Assembly (NCBI GenBank): GCA_046757525.1
Contig: JBHHYI010000022.1
Location: 1-36,220 of the forward strand
DNA length: 36,220 nt
DNA from: a bacterium
GTDB lineage: Bacteria; Zhuqueibacterota; Zhuqueibacteria; Oceanimicrobiales; Oceanimicrobiaceae
Direction: 5' to 3'
The position numbers and the translations under genes were made by a program. The notes beneath the pieces are model-generated. The model was not told the origin of the DNA. It saw nothing but the letters and a program-made list of their open reading frames with translations, and searched no databases. Shown here piece after piece: positions 1 through 8,601 of the stretch (within the stretch, counting starts at the first letter, position 1; each line of letters begins with the position of its first letter).

Positions 1-182
1 GATTTTACGGCTGCAGATGGTGGTTCAGGTGTTTTGGAGAAGCGCGCCAGGAAAGTCTACGCAAATGCCTTATTGCGAACGTATTTATTTTGTAACAACT
101 AAACTTAGCGCTCCATTAGTCTCACTGCTTTTAATTGAAGGATAACAACACACAATTCATTAACCTAAATAGGGAGGATTTC

Positions 183-2627
183 ATGCGTATTGACACAACT
201 TCCAAGATTTTTTCAGCAGCAAGACTTTTGACCTATTTGGTGGGGGTCTTGTTGGTACCCGCTGTTTTTTGTGACCTTGCACTGGCTCAGGTCACCAACG
301 ATGATTGCGCTTCGGCTACGGTCGTGACCTCGCTGCCGTTTACGGATGCGCTCAATACCACCGCAGCCACGGACGATCCCAACGACCCGGTGCTGAGTTG
401 CGGCGACGGGGGTGGCGGCAAGACGGTCTGGTATTCCTGGACGCCGGCAACGGACATGTTTGTGACCGTCAACACCTTTGGTAGCGGCCCTCAAGCTTAC
501 GACACCGTTCTGGGCATTTTTACCGGTCCGTGTGACACCCTGGTGGAAATGATTTGCAACGACGATGCCGGTGGCGAGAACAAGTCGGAAATCTTGTTTC
601 AAGCCCAGGGTGGGGTCACTTACATAATCCACGTAGCCGAATGGAACGGTGGTGGCCCTAACGGCGGCGTTCCTACCGGCGGATTTTTGGTATTCAACGT
701 CGAAGAAACCACCTCACCGGGTTTGTTTAAAGGCCCGGACAATAATTCCGTAACGGCCGGGGCTTCGGTTTCTACCACCAGCTTTTCAGCCGCCGTCCAG
801 GCCCAGGCTTCCCAGCATGTCCTGGTAAAAAGACCTATTGGCAAACACACAATTCATCTGGCCAAGAATTCCTCGGCGAACCAAATCCAACCGACCGGCC
901 CCATTGGTTCCAATGAAGTCATGGACGAAGTGGTGAGTGTGGGCGCCCAGCAACAAACAGCTCCCAATATTCTTTCCAGCTTTATTGGAATTTCGGACTC
1001 TGGCAACGTGATTCCGCCGGATCCTCACATGGCCGCAGGCCCCAACCATATCATCGCCACCGTCAATGTTGAGTTTGGTATTTTTGACAAATCTGGCAAT
1101 AAACTATTCGGCATCGATGCCAATAGTTGGTTCGACAACGTTCTCACCAATGCGGATCCGTTCGATCCCCAAATCGTTTACGACCATTTTGACGACCGGT
1201 GGGTCATGGTCTGGGTCGGAGGCAATCTTGTAGATGAAGCCTACTATATGCTTTCGGTCTCCGACGATAGCGATCCCCTGGGCACCTGGTGCAACTGGGC
1301 TTTGCCCGCGCATTTCGATGGCATGACCCCGTCGAATGACTTGAATGATTACCCGAAAATAGGGGTGGACGACAAGGCGATTTACGTCACCGCCAACATG
1401 TTCGACCTGACCACCAATGCCTTCGAATACGTCAAACTCCGGATTATCGAAAAAACGCAGTTGTACAACAACACTTGCGGGGCCGTAACCTGGACCGACT
1501 TGTGGGATTTGCGCGATCCCAATAGCCTGGGGCAAACGGTGTTCACCACCATCCCGGCGGTCACTTTTGGCACGCCTGGTGTGGAATACATGATCAACGA
1601 CAGTCCGTACACCACCGGCACGTTCATGACTTTGTGGACGGTAAACGATCCTATCGGCACGCCCAGCCTCACTGCGGTCAACGTGCCGGTTGTGGCCAGC
1701 GAAGAGCCGCCGGATGCCGATCAGTTGGGCGGCAGCACTACCCTCATCGACGTGGGCGGCCGTCGGGTCCGCAATGCCGTGTACAGCAACGGCTCTATTT
1801 GGACGGCGCACAGCGTGGCCGGGGGAACAGGCCAGGCTTTTGCGTTTGCCCGCTACGTGAGAATCGACGTCAATTCCCAAACAACTCTGGAAGACGTGAG
1901 CATCGGCCTGGATGATTTTTGGCACTACTATCCTGCGATTCAGGTGGACAACAATTTGAACATGGTGATGGGCTATACCCGTTCCGGGCTTACCGAATAT
2001 GCCGGGGCTTTTTTCACCGGCCGCAGAAATTCGGATCCAGCCGGTTTGCCAGCCAGCACCTTGCTCAAGGCGGGTGAGGATAACTATGTCAAAACATTTT
2101 CGGGCACAAGGAATCGTTGGGGCGACTACAGCGGCATTGCCCTGGATCCGTCCACAGGCTCGATTTGGATGTTTCTGGAGTACGCGGCCCAATCGGTGGG
2201 GTCCGGCACCAGTGACGATCGCTGGGGGACCTGGTTCGGAGAGGTGAATTACCCCTTCGTGCCTAAGATCGTCATCAACGAAGTTGTGACCAGCCCGCAA
2301 AACGATTGGAACGACAGCGCCGGCGGCAATGGCGTGGCTTACGACAACTTGCCCGGCACCGGCACCATCGACGTCGCCGACGAATGGATCGAGCTGTACA
2401 ACAACGACACGACGGCTGTTGACCTGACCACGGGTACCGGTTGGGAGCTGATCATGACCGATGCCACGGTAGCCACTTTGAATTTCGCCACTCCGGATCC
2501 CGGCATCGTGTTTGTTTTTAGCAACGGCGGTTCGTTGTCCAACTTTCAGCCGGGTGAGTATCTGATCATTGGCAACCCGCCCGGAGATATGGAGGACAAC
2601 GTTTTTGTTGAGCTCAACCAACCTTAA
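183..2627 (+). CDS. Secreted multidomain protein: signal peptide, NDDC/PPC-like N-domain, probable beta-propeller-like core, N-terminal part of a lamin-tail (LTD) domain
   Basis: GGGAGG RBS before ATG 183, preferred over the ORF-track start at 135. Hydrophobic leader ending ALA|Q. Motifs NDDCASA...YDTVL...CNDD, PPDPHMAAGPNHII and RWGDYS. The C-terminal VINEV...DEWIELYN...PGEYLII is LTD-like. Confidence 0.85.
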   Translation: MRIDTTSKIFSAARLLTYLVGVLLVPAVFCDLALAQVTNDDCASATVVTSLPFTDALNTTAATDDPNDPVLSCGDGGGGKTVWYSWTPATDMFVTVNTFGSGPQAYDTVLGIFTGPCDTLVEMICNDDAGGENKSEILFQAQGGVTYIIHVAEWNGGGPNGGVPTGGFLVFNVEETTSPGLFKGPDNNSVTAGASVSTTSFSAAVQAQASQHVLVKRPIGKHTIHLAKNSSANQIQPTGPIGSNEVMDEVVSVGAQQQTAPNILSSFIGISDSGNVIPPDPHMAAGPNHIIATVNVEFGIFDKSGNKLFGIDANSWFDNVLTNADPFDPQIVYDHFDDRWVMVWVGGNLVDEAYYMLSVSDDSDPLGTWCNWALPAHFDGMTPSNDLNDYPKIGVDDKAIYVTANMFDLTTNAFEYVKLRIIEKTQLYNNTCGAVTWTDLWDLRDPNSLGQTVFTTIPAVTFGTPGVEYMINDSPYTTGTFMTLWTVNDPIGTPSLTAVNVPVVASEEPPDADQLGGSTTLIDVGGRRVRNAVYSNGSIWTAHSVAGGTGQAFAFARYVRIDVNSQTTLEDVSIGLDDFWHYYPAIQVDNNLNMVMGYTRSGLTEYAGAFFTGRRNSDPAGLPASTLLKAGEDNYVKTFSGTRNRWGDYSGIALDPSTGSIWMFLEYAAQSVGSGTSDDRWGTWFGEVNYPFVPKIVINEVVTSPQNDWNDSAGGNGVAYDNLPGTGTIDVADEWIELYNNDTTAVDLTTGTGWELIMTDATVATLNFATPDPGIVFVFSNGGSLSNFQPGEYLIIGNPPGDMEDNVFVELNQP

Positions 2628-2667
2628 TTGGCACACATCTTTGAATGAAATTGAACAGGAGACCAAA

Positions 2668-3813
2668 ATGAAGAATTGCAAATGGTTTGTACTTGTGACG
2701 GCCATCTTTATTTTAGCAGGCTGCATGCTGTTGGCGAATTCAACCGTAGCGTTGGCTCAGACAACCGTTGACGATGTTGAGCTGGGCGACGATCCTGAAG
2801 GCGACGGCGTGGGAGATGGCGCTCCCAGCGGCCTGTCTACGGGCATCGCCGATGAGGCCGTGGCCCGCGTCCCCAATGCTGCGGATACCGACGTGGACAC
2901 CACAGACTTCACACAGATGTCTGCTACGATTGGCGGAGCGAACATCGAAACCATTACCGACTTAGGTTCGAATGTCTCGGGCACCAGCATTTTGCTCAAC
3001 TGGTCGGTGCGCATCGGGGCCACCGCTTATAACGTTTACCGGGACACGACGGCTTATTTTACCCCGGATCGAACCGGCGGAAGCAACCGCATCGCCACCG
3101 GCATCACCGATGAAGATGCGGGTACCGTAGGGGTGCAGTGGAGCGACACCGGCAACGGGGAAACCGTGGTCGGAGATTCCGCCAGGAACTTTTTCTACGT
3201 GGTCACCGGCACGGACGGTTCCGGCAATGAAGCCTTTAACTCCACCCGGGCTGGCGAATACGACTTCAGCCTGGGCAGCGGCTTTAATTTCATTACCGCG
3301 ACTCTCCTGGACACCAGCATCGGCGACGCCCAGGATTTGGGATTGGCCATCGACGGGCAGGTGGGCGGCAACGGCGCCAACGCCATCTATCAGATGGTCA
3401 GCGGCAGTTGGCAGCTCATGGCGTTTAAGGTGAGCGGCGCCTGGGTGTTGACGGTAACCGATGCCATCATCGTGGGTCAGGCCTATCTGGTCAACATGGA
3501 CGCCGTGGGTACCTGGACGGAAGCCGGCGGTCTGGAACCGGATTTGACCTACAGCCTGACCACCGGCTTTGATACTGTGATGCTAAAATTCAAACAGGCC
3601 GGCACCGATAACATCGTCAACGCGCAAGATCTGGGCACCAGCATCGATGCCGGGGCCGTGGGCGACGGCGCCACTGCGATCTACCAGATGGTCAACGGCA
3701 GTTGGCAGCTCATGGCTTTTAAGCTGTCTGGCGCCTGGGTGTTGACCGTCACAGATGCGTTGGCACCGGGCCGAGGTTACCTGGTAAACATGTCCGAAGA
3801 TTTGAGTTGGTAG
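2668..3813 (+). CDS. Secreted protein: signal peptide, C-terminal part of an LTD, Fn3-like domain, two ~85-aa repeats
   Basis: AGGAG RBS at 2657-2661 before ATG 2668. Signal peptide MKNCKWFVLV...ALA|Q. Fn3-like LNWS...YNVYR...FYVVTG. Internal duplication. Confidence 0.85.
   Translation: MKNCKWFVLVTAIFILAGCMLLANSTVALAQTTVDDVELGDDPEGDGVGDGAPSGLSTGIADEAVARVPNAADTDVDTTDFTQMSATIGGANIETITDLGSNVSGTSILLNWSVRIGATAYNVYRDTTAYFTPDRTGGSNRIATGITDEDAGTVGVQWSDTGNGETVVGDSARNFFYVVTGTDGSGNEAFNSTRAGEYDFSLGSGFNFITATLLDTSIGDAQDLGLAIDGQVGGNGANAIYQMVSGSWQLMAFKVSGAWVLTVTDAIIVGQAYLVNMDAVGTWTEAGGLEPDLTYSLTTGFDTVMLKFKQAGTDNIVNAQDLGTSIDAGAVGDGATAIYQMVNGSWQLMAFKLSGAWVLTVTDALAPGRGYLVNMSEDLSW
3265..3810 (+). repeat. Intragenic tandem duplication (3265-3516 and 3550-3810)
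   Basis: AQDLG..ID....G.GA.AIYQMV.GSWQLMAFK.SGAWVLTVTDA...G..YLVNM....W occurs twice, with visible nucleotide similarity. Confidence 0.92.
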
Positions 3814-3968
3814 TCCCAACGATCTTAATTTTACCGCAAATAACGGGATTTGAAGGTAGATACTATTGAATTGCGAGAAGAATAATAAAGGCTGTTGGTT
3901 AATTCTCTTTTTCTCAATAGTGTCAGATTAAGCTGTACAATATTTTAACCGATCTTGGTAGATAGCTC

Positions 3969-4092
3969 AAGCGCAGCCGCATAGGTCGCTTTTTCAATTT
4001 CACAGGTAACTGTGGTGAGTTTTAGAGAAACCGGCTTGGGGCTGCGCTTTTTGCTGCCAGGGCAGTCCCGTTGGCTGCAGGCCTAACGGGAC
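3969..4092 (+). promoter_or_regulatory. Structured 5' leader candidate of the polysaccharide locus
   Basis: Perfect 10-bp IR AAGCGCAGCC (3969-3978)/GGCTGCGCTT (4040-4049) followed by Ts. Internal CACAG-GTAA-CTGTG hairpin (4001-4014). Second hairpin GTCCCGTT...AACGGGAC (4065-4092). Confidence 0.4.
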
Positions 4093-4128
4093 CGTTCGTT
4101 GGAGAAATGAGGGTAACGCTTCTAAGGG

Positions 4129-5535
4129 ATGGTAATGAATAAACCGAATATTCTGCTCATATCGATTGACACGCTGCGGGCGGACCACCTGTCCTGCTAC
4201 GGCAATCGCTGCCGGACCACGCCCAATCTCGATCGCATCGCGGAAGAGGGTCTGCTCTTTACTTCAGCCTACACTACGGCTTCCTGGACGCCGCCCTCGC
4301 ATGCTTCCATGTTTACCGGGCTTTACCCGTCCCAACACGGTGTGGTCGACGAATACAAACTGAACGCAAGAATTCCAACCCTGGCGGAAATCTTGAGCAA
4401 CAATGGCTATCTGACCTGCGGCTTCAGCAACAACAGCATGGTCGGGAACATCGTCGGGCTGGACCGCGGACACCAATTCTTCGATGAGGTCTGGGTTGGC
4501 GCTGAATACAGCAACATCGTTTCGCGGGGGCTGGGCTTCCTGGGGCGTAAATTGGTGCAATTGATGGGCAAGAGCGACGAAGGGGCTAAGGTCACCACCA
4601 GGCGCGCGTTGAAATGGTTAGGGGAAAACATCTGCGGCTCCATGCCTTTTTATCTCTTCATCCACCACATCGATGTGCACAACCCGATGAAGGCGCCGCG
4701 GCCTTTTCGCTACCGATTCCTCAGTGCCGCACTGAAAAAGAAACTGGACATGGCTAAGATCTGGCGCGTGGCCGACAATCCCCTCATCTGCTTGACCGAT
4801 CACTTAGAACTGAATAACGATGAGATCGAGGCCTTGCAGTGCATTTACGACGAAGAGCTGGCCTACGTCGATTTCAAGATCGGCCAGGTGCTAAACTTCC
4901 TGCGGCAGCGCCACGTCCTGGACGACACCTTGTTGATCATCACCGCCGATCATGGCGAACATTTCGGTGAGCACAACCTCTATTCGCACGTCGCCAGCTT
5001 GTACGAACCCGTTCTGCACATTCCGATGATCCTCAGGTATCCCAGGTTGGTCGAGGGCGGCATGCGGTCCGAGAAATTGGTGCAGTTGGTCGACATCTTT
5101 CCCACGGTTCTCGATCTGCTCGACCTGCAATACACCGGCGACCTCCCCCTGCACAGCCGCAGCCTTTTGTCCGAAGGCCACGAATCGCGAGATCTGTACG
5201 CTGAGTGGGAAGGGCGTGTGCCCCATTTCGTCCGCAACCGTCTGGGCAAAAATGTGCATCCTGAAGATCTCAAGCTGTACACCACCAAACAGAATATGAT
5301 TCGTTCAGGCAAGTTCAAGCTCATCGTAAACGCCAGGGACCAGGCCGAGTTGTACGATTTGGAGCAAGACCCGCTGGAGCAAACCAACTTAGCTTCCGCG
5401 CAGCCTGAACGCGTGACGGAACTCAAGAACAGACTGTCCAATTGGCTTGAATCGAACCACACAGAAAAGGAGCGGGAACTGTATGAATTGAGCAGCGAAG
5501 CCAAACGCAATTTGGAAGGATTGGGGTATATTTAA
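4129..5535 (+). CDS. Sulfatase-fold (alkaline phosphatase superfamily) enzyme, Thr-type
   Basis: PNILLISIDTLRAD, WTPPSHASMFTG, ADHGE and C-terminal LEGLGYI. No signal peptide. The start may be 4135. Confidence 0.92.
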   Translation: MVMNKPNILLISIDTLRADHLSCYGNRCRTTPNLDRIAEEGLLFTSAYTTASWTPPSHASMFTGLYPSQHGVVDEYKLNARIPTLAEILSNNGYLTCGFSNNSMVGNIVGLDRGHQFFDEVWVGAEYSNIVSRGLGFLGRKLVQLMGKSDEGAKVTTRRALKWLGENICGSMPFYLFIHHIDVHNPMKAPRPFRYRFLSAALKKKLDMAKIWRVADNPLICLTDHLELNNDEIEALQCIYDEELAYVDFKIGQVLNFLRQRHVLDDTLLIITADHGEHFGEHNLYSHVASLYEPVLHIPMILRYPRLVEGGMRSEKLVQLVDIFPTVLDLLDLQYTGDLPLHSRSLLSEGHESRDLYAEWEGRVPHFVRNRLGKNVHPEDLKLYTTKQNMIRSGKFKLIVNARDQAELYDLEQDPLEQTNLASAQPERVTELKNRLSNWLESNHTEKERELYELSSEAKRNLEGLGYI

Positions 5536-5541
5536 TAAAAT

Positions 5542-7011
5542 ATGAATTTACAAAAGAAGTTTCTAAACCAGTCTTTTATCTACTTTTTGGTAACGGTGTT
5601 CACGGCGCTTGGGGGGTTCGTTTCCTTTCCCATTTGGACTCGCATTCTCAAGCCCGAAGAGTACGGTTTTTACAATCTTTTCATCGTCTCTATCGGATTG
5701 ATGACCACGTTTTCTAAGGCTGGTCTGCAAAAATCCGTCATTCGCTTTTTCTCTGAATTCGCTGCCGGGAAAAGAAGTCAGCCGATTTCCATCTATTATT
5801 CTACTCACATCGTCGGATCATTTGCGGCAGGCTTTATCTTCAGTCTGCTCTTTTTGCTGTACAACCTGCTGTTTGACACCAAGTTCTCTATCGGGGCGAA
5901 CACCCACACGCTTTTGCTCCTGCTGATGGTCATCGTCATCGCCCAATCCCTCAACAGCGTGCTGATCTCCTTTCTCCGGGTGGAGCAGAAAGTCAAGGGT
6001 TTCGCCGCGCTTTCTTTTATCAACCGCTACGGCATCATCGGATCCTGCATTCTATTTGCCGTGGTCTTCAAGATGGGCTTGCTGGGTTTGCTTCTGGGAC
6101 AAGCGATCATGGAAAGCTCGGTTTCGATCTTTTTTGTGACCATGATGTTTTGGCAGAAGAAATTCGTGGTCAAGCATTTCTCGCTGAAATTCTTTCGCGA
6201 GGCTCTGAGTTTCGGCATCCCCCTCATGCCAGCGGAGTCATCCCGGTGGATGCTCTCCTATTTAGACCGCTTTATCATTCAGATTTTCATGGGGGCTGCG
6301 GCCGTAGGCTATTATTCAGCCGGCTACAATATGACTTTGTACCTGAGCATTCTTTTAGCTGCGCCGTTCAATTTAGCCATCATCCCCATGTATCTCGACA
6401 TTTGGGAGAATCAAGGTGCGGAAAAGACCCGGGCCTTCCTGGCAACGGTTTTTGATTACTACCTCATGGTCGCCATTCCGCTCATCTGTGCTTTTTGCTT
6501 GATGGGCCGGGCACTGATCGAATTGCTGGCTTCGGCTAAATACGCCGATGCTTACGTGATCTTGCCATACATCGTGGTGCCGCTGATTCTCAACAGCGCT
6601 TACAGCGTTTACGGTGCCGGGCTGCTGATCTACAAGAAAACCAAGCTGGTGATGTACTACACCTTGATGGCGGGTGTGGTAAATTTGGTTTTGAATTTGA
6701 TTCTAATCCCACGGATGGGACTCGTAGGCGCCGCGGTGGCCACGCTGATCGCTTACACCTTGCTGATCACCCTAACGGCAGTTTCGGCGGCCAAATATTT
6801 GAAAATCTCTTTCCGTTACAAAAATATGCTCGGGTACCTTGCCGCTTCGCTGATCATGATGTGGCTCATCGACAACATCGGCTGGGACACCTTGTTGGGC
6901 ATTGCCATGAAAGTGGGAATTGGCTTGTGTTTGTACAGCGTGTGTCTCGTATTCATCGACGGTCGCTTGCGCAACAAGCTGTTTTTGTCGCTAAAGTTTT
7001 TGAACCATTGA
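5542..7011 (+). CDS. wzx: Oligosaccharide flippase (Wzx/PST family)
   Basis: 489-aa polytopic membrane protein with R.L.PEEYG, DRFII...GAAAVGYYSAGY and NLILIP.MG..GAAVAT motifs. Confidence 0.92.
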   Translation: MNLQKKFLNQSFIYFLVTVFTALGGFVSFPIWTRILKPEEYGFYNLFIVSIGLMTTFSKAGLQKSVIRFFSEFAAGKRSQPISIYYSTHIVGSFAAGFIFSLLFLLYNLLFDTKFSIGANTHTLLLLLMVIVIAQSLNSVLISFLRVEQKVKGFAALSFINRYGIIGSCILFAVVFKMGLLGLLLGQAIMESSVSIFFVTMMFWQKKFVVKHFSLKFFREALSFGIPLMPAESSRWMLSYLDRFIIQIFMGAAAVGYYSAGYNMTLYLSILLAAPFNLAIIPMYLDIWENQGAEKTRAFLATVFDYYLMVAIPLICAFCLMGRALIELLASAKYADAYVILPYIVVPLILNSAYSVYGAGLLIYKKTKLVMYYTLMAGVVNLVLNLILIPRMGLVGAAVATLIAYTLLITLTAVSAAKYLKISFRYKNMLGYLAASLIMMWLIDNIGWDTLLGIAMKVGIGLCLYSVCLVFIDGRLRNKLFLSLKFLNH

Positions 7012-7072
7012 AGTGAAATAGCAACACGCGGGTTCGCCAGGCGTGACGATTATTGACACTAATTCGAAGAGA

Positions 7073-8476
7073 ATGTCTAAACAAACACCCAACATCGTTT
7101 TGATCGTTCTGGACACGTTGCGGCCAGATCATCTTTCGTGCTACGGTTACGCAAAGCCAACCTCGCCTAATCTCGATCAGGTGGCGAAAGAAGGGGTGCT
7201 GTTTCAGAATGCCTTTTGCACGGCGCCATGGACCTTGCCGTCGCACGGCTCGATTTTCACCGGCGCCTATGTTTCCAGGCACGGGCTCGACCAGGGCAGC
7301 GAGGTGCTTGCCGATGACTTGGTGACGATGGCCGAGCTTCTTGCCAGACAGGGTTACGCCACCGCGGCGTTTTCGAGCAACATCTGGGTAAGCAAGATGA
7401 CGGGACTGTCGCGCGGCTTCAGCTATTTCAAGCGCGCCAACGTGCCGCCGTTCGATGAGGTGGCCGAACCCAATCCCTTGCAAAAGATGGTCAAAGAAAT
7501 CTATTGGCGCTATTTCTTTAAGCGCTACGACTACGGTGCGCGCGAGATCAATGGCATGGTCAAACACTATTTCAGCCGTGTCTGGAACAAAGAGCGGCCC
7601 TTTTTCATGTTCATCAATTATTTGGAAACGCACCTGAAATACGAACCGCCCGGCAAGTTTCGCGATTTGTTTTTAGAGGACAAGGCTCAAAAGCGTTTGG
7701 CCAGGCACGTCAACCAGGATGCACGCAAGGTCAACGGCGGCCTGTTGCACATGTCCGAAGCAGAATTCGAGGTCTTGCGGGCGCTTTACGATGCGGAAAT
7801 TCGCTACGTCGATTACCGTCTGGGAGAAGTTCTTTCTCTGCTAAAGGAATTGAATAGGCTGGACGACACGCTGCTGATCCTCACTTCGGACCACGGGGAG
7901 AACATTGGCGATCACGGTCTCATGGATCATCAGTTTTCGGTACACGACACCCTGGTGCAGGTGCCGCTGATCATCCGCTTCCCCAAAGCCTTCGAACCGA
8001 GCAGCGTGGCCGGACAGTTTGTGCAGACGGTAGATTTCTTGCCCACTGTTGCCGATATTTTAAATCTGAGCCCGAACAGTTTGCCACAAGACCAGATTCA
8101 GGGCCAGAGCATCTTGTCTTTGCAAAGGAACGGGAACCAGCGTGCGGTTTTCGCCGAATATTTGAATCCGAGAGTGCAGGTGCTGGAACGCGCCTTTCCG
8201 GACCGCGATTGGTCTGCCTTTAATCGGAAACTGCGCAGCATTCGGACCGATCGGCACAAGCTCATCGCTGCCTCCGACGGCGCGCACGAATTGTACGACG
8301 TAGAAAATGATCCTGCTGAAGCAGAAAATCGCATCAAAGAGCACCCTGAGTTAGCCCAACAGTTGCTGCGGCGGCTCGACGACTGGGTTGCCAGCGTGGA
8401 GAAGAAGGTTGCGAAAACGGAATTAGAATTCCAGAAAGATACGCTGCGGGTCCTGGAGGGGTTGGGCTATGTTTAA
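7073..8476 (+). CDS. Sulfatase-fold enzyme, Thr-type
   Basis: PNIVLIVLDTLRPD, WTLPSHGSIFTG, SDHGE and C-terminal LEGLGYV. ATG 7073 preferred over GTG 7043. Confidence 0.92.
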   Translation: MSKQTPNIVLIVLDTLRPDHLSCYGYAKPTSPNLDQVAKEGVLFQNAFCTAPWTLPSHGSIFTGAYVSRHGLDQGSEVLADDLVTMAELLARQGYATAAFSSNIWVSKMTGLSRGFSYFKRANVPPFDEVAEPNPLQKMVKEIYWRYFFKRYDYGAREINGMVKHYFSRVWNKERPFFMFINYLETHLKYEPPGKFRDLFLEDKAQKRLARHVNQDARKVNGGLLHMSEAEFEVLRALYDAEIRYVDYRLGEVLSLLKELNRLDDTLLILTSDHGENIGDHGLMDHQFSVHDTLVQVPLIIRFPKAFEPSSVAGQFVQTVDFLPTVADILNLSPNSLPQDQIQGQSILSLQRNGNQRAVFAEYLNPRVQVLERAFPDRDWSAFNRKLRSIRTDRHKLIAASDGAHELYDVENDPAEAENRIKEHPELAQQLLRRLDDWVASVEKKVAKTELEFQKDTLRVLEGLGYV

Positions 8477-8502
8477 AGACTTAACCGGAGCCTCAGCCGC
8501 AA

Positions 8503-8547
8503 CCCTCGATACGTCCCGACCCGACAGGGGTCGGAACCACTCGGGAT
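8503..8547. repeat. REP-like palindromic element
   Basis: CCCTCGATACG-TCCCGACC...GGTCGG-AACCACTCGGGA: nested imperfect hairpin in the spacer between two sulfatase-fold genes. Confidence 0.5.
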
Positions 8548-8601
8548 GCTCGCTTGAGTTGGTAGCCGACGAATGAACAAAACAGAGATCCATGAAGCCG
8601 A

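Noticed and set aside
1..134. Possible 3' end of an upstream gene (frame 1 open to TAA at 100-102)
   Set aside because: Too short, no recognisable motif, and cannot be judged without upstream sequence.
2569..2667. Upstream extension of gene 2 overlapping gene 1, suggesting a programmed frameshift fusion
   Set aside because: No clear slippery site. A fusion would bury a full signal peptide inside the LTD, and the RBS at 2657-2661 explains the ATG at 2668.
1104..2726. 540-aa minus-strand ORF and other long antisense ORFs (e.g. 14123-14917, 16281-16979, 26600-27322, 35038-35721)
   Set aside because: They lie opposite well-supported + strand genes, have no motifs, and are expected shadows of codon bias.
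3950..3975. TTGGTAGATAGC as a JUMPStart/ops element
   Set aside because: Only a partial resemblance; the GGCGGTAG core is absent.
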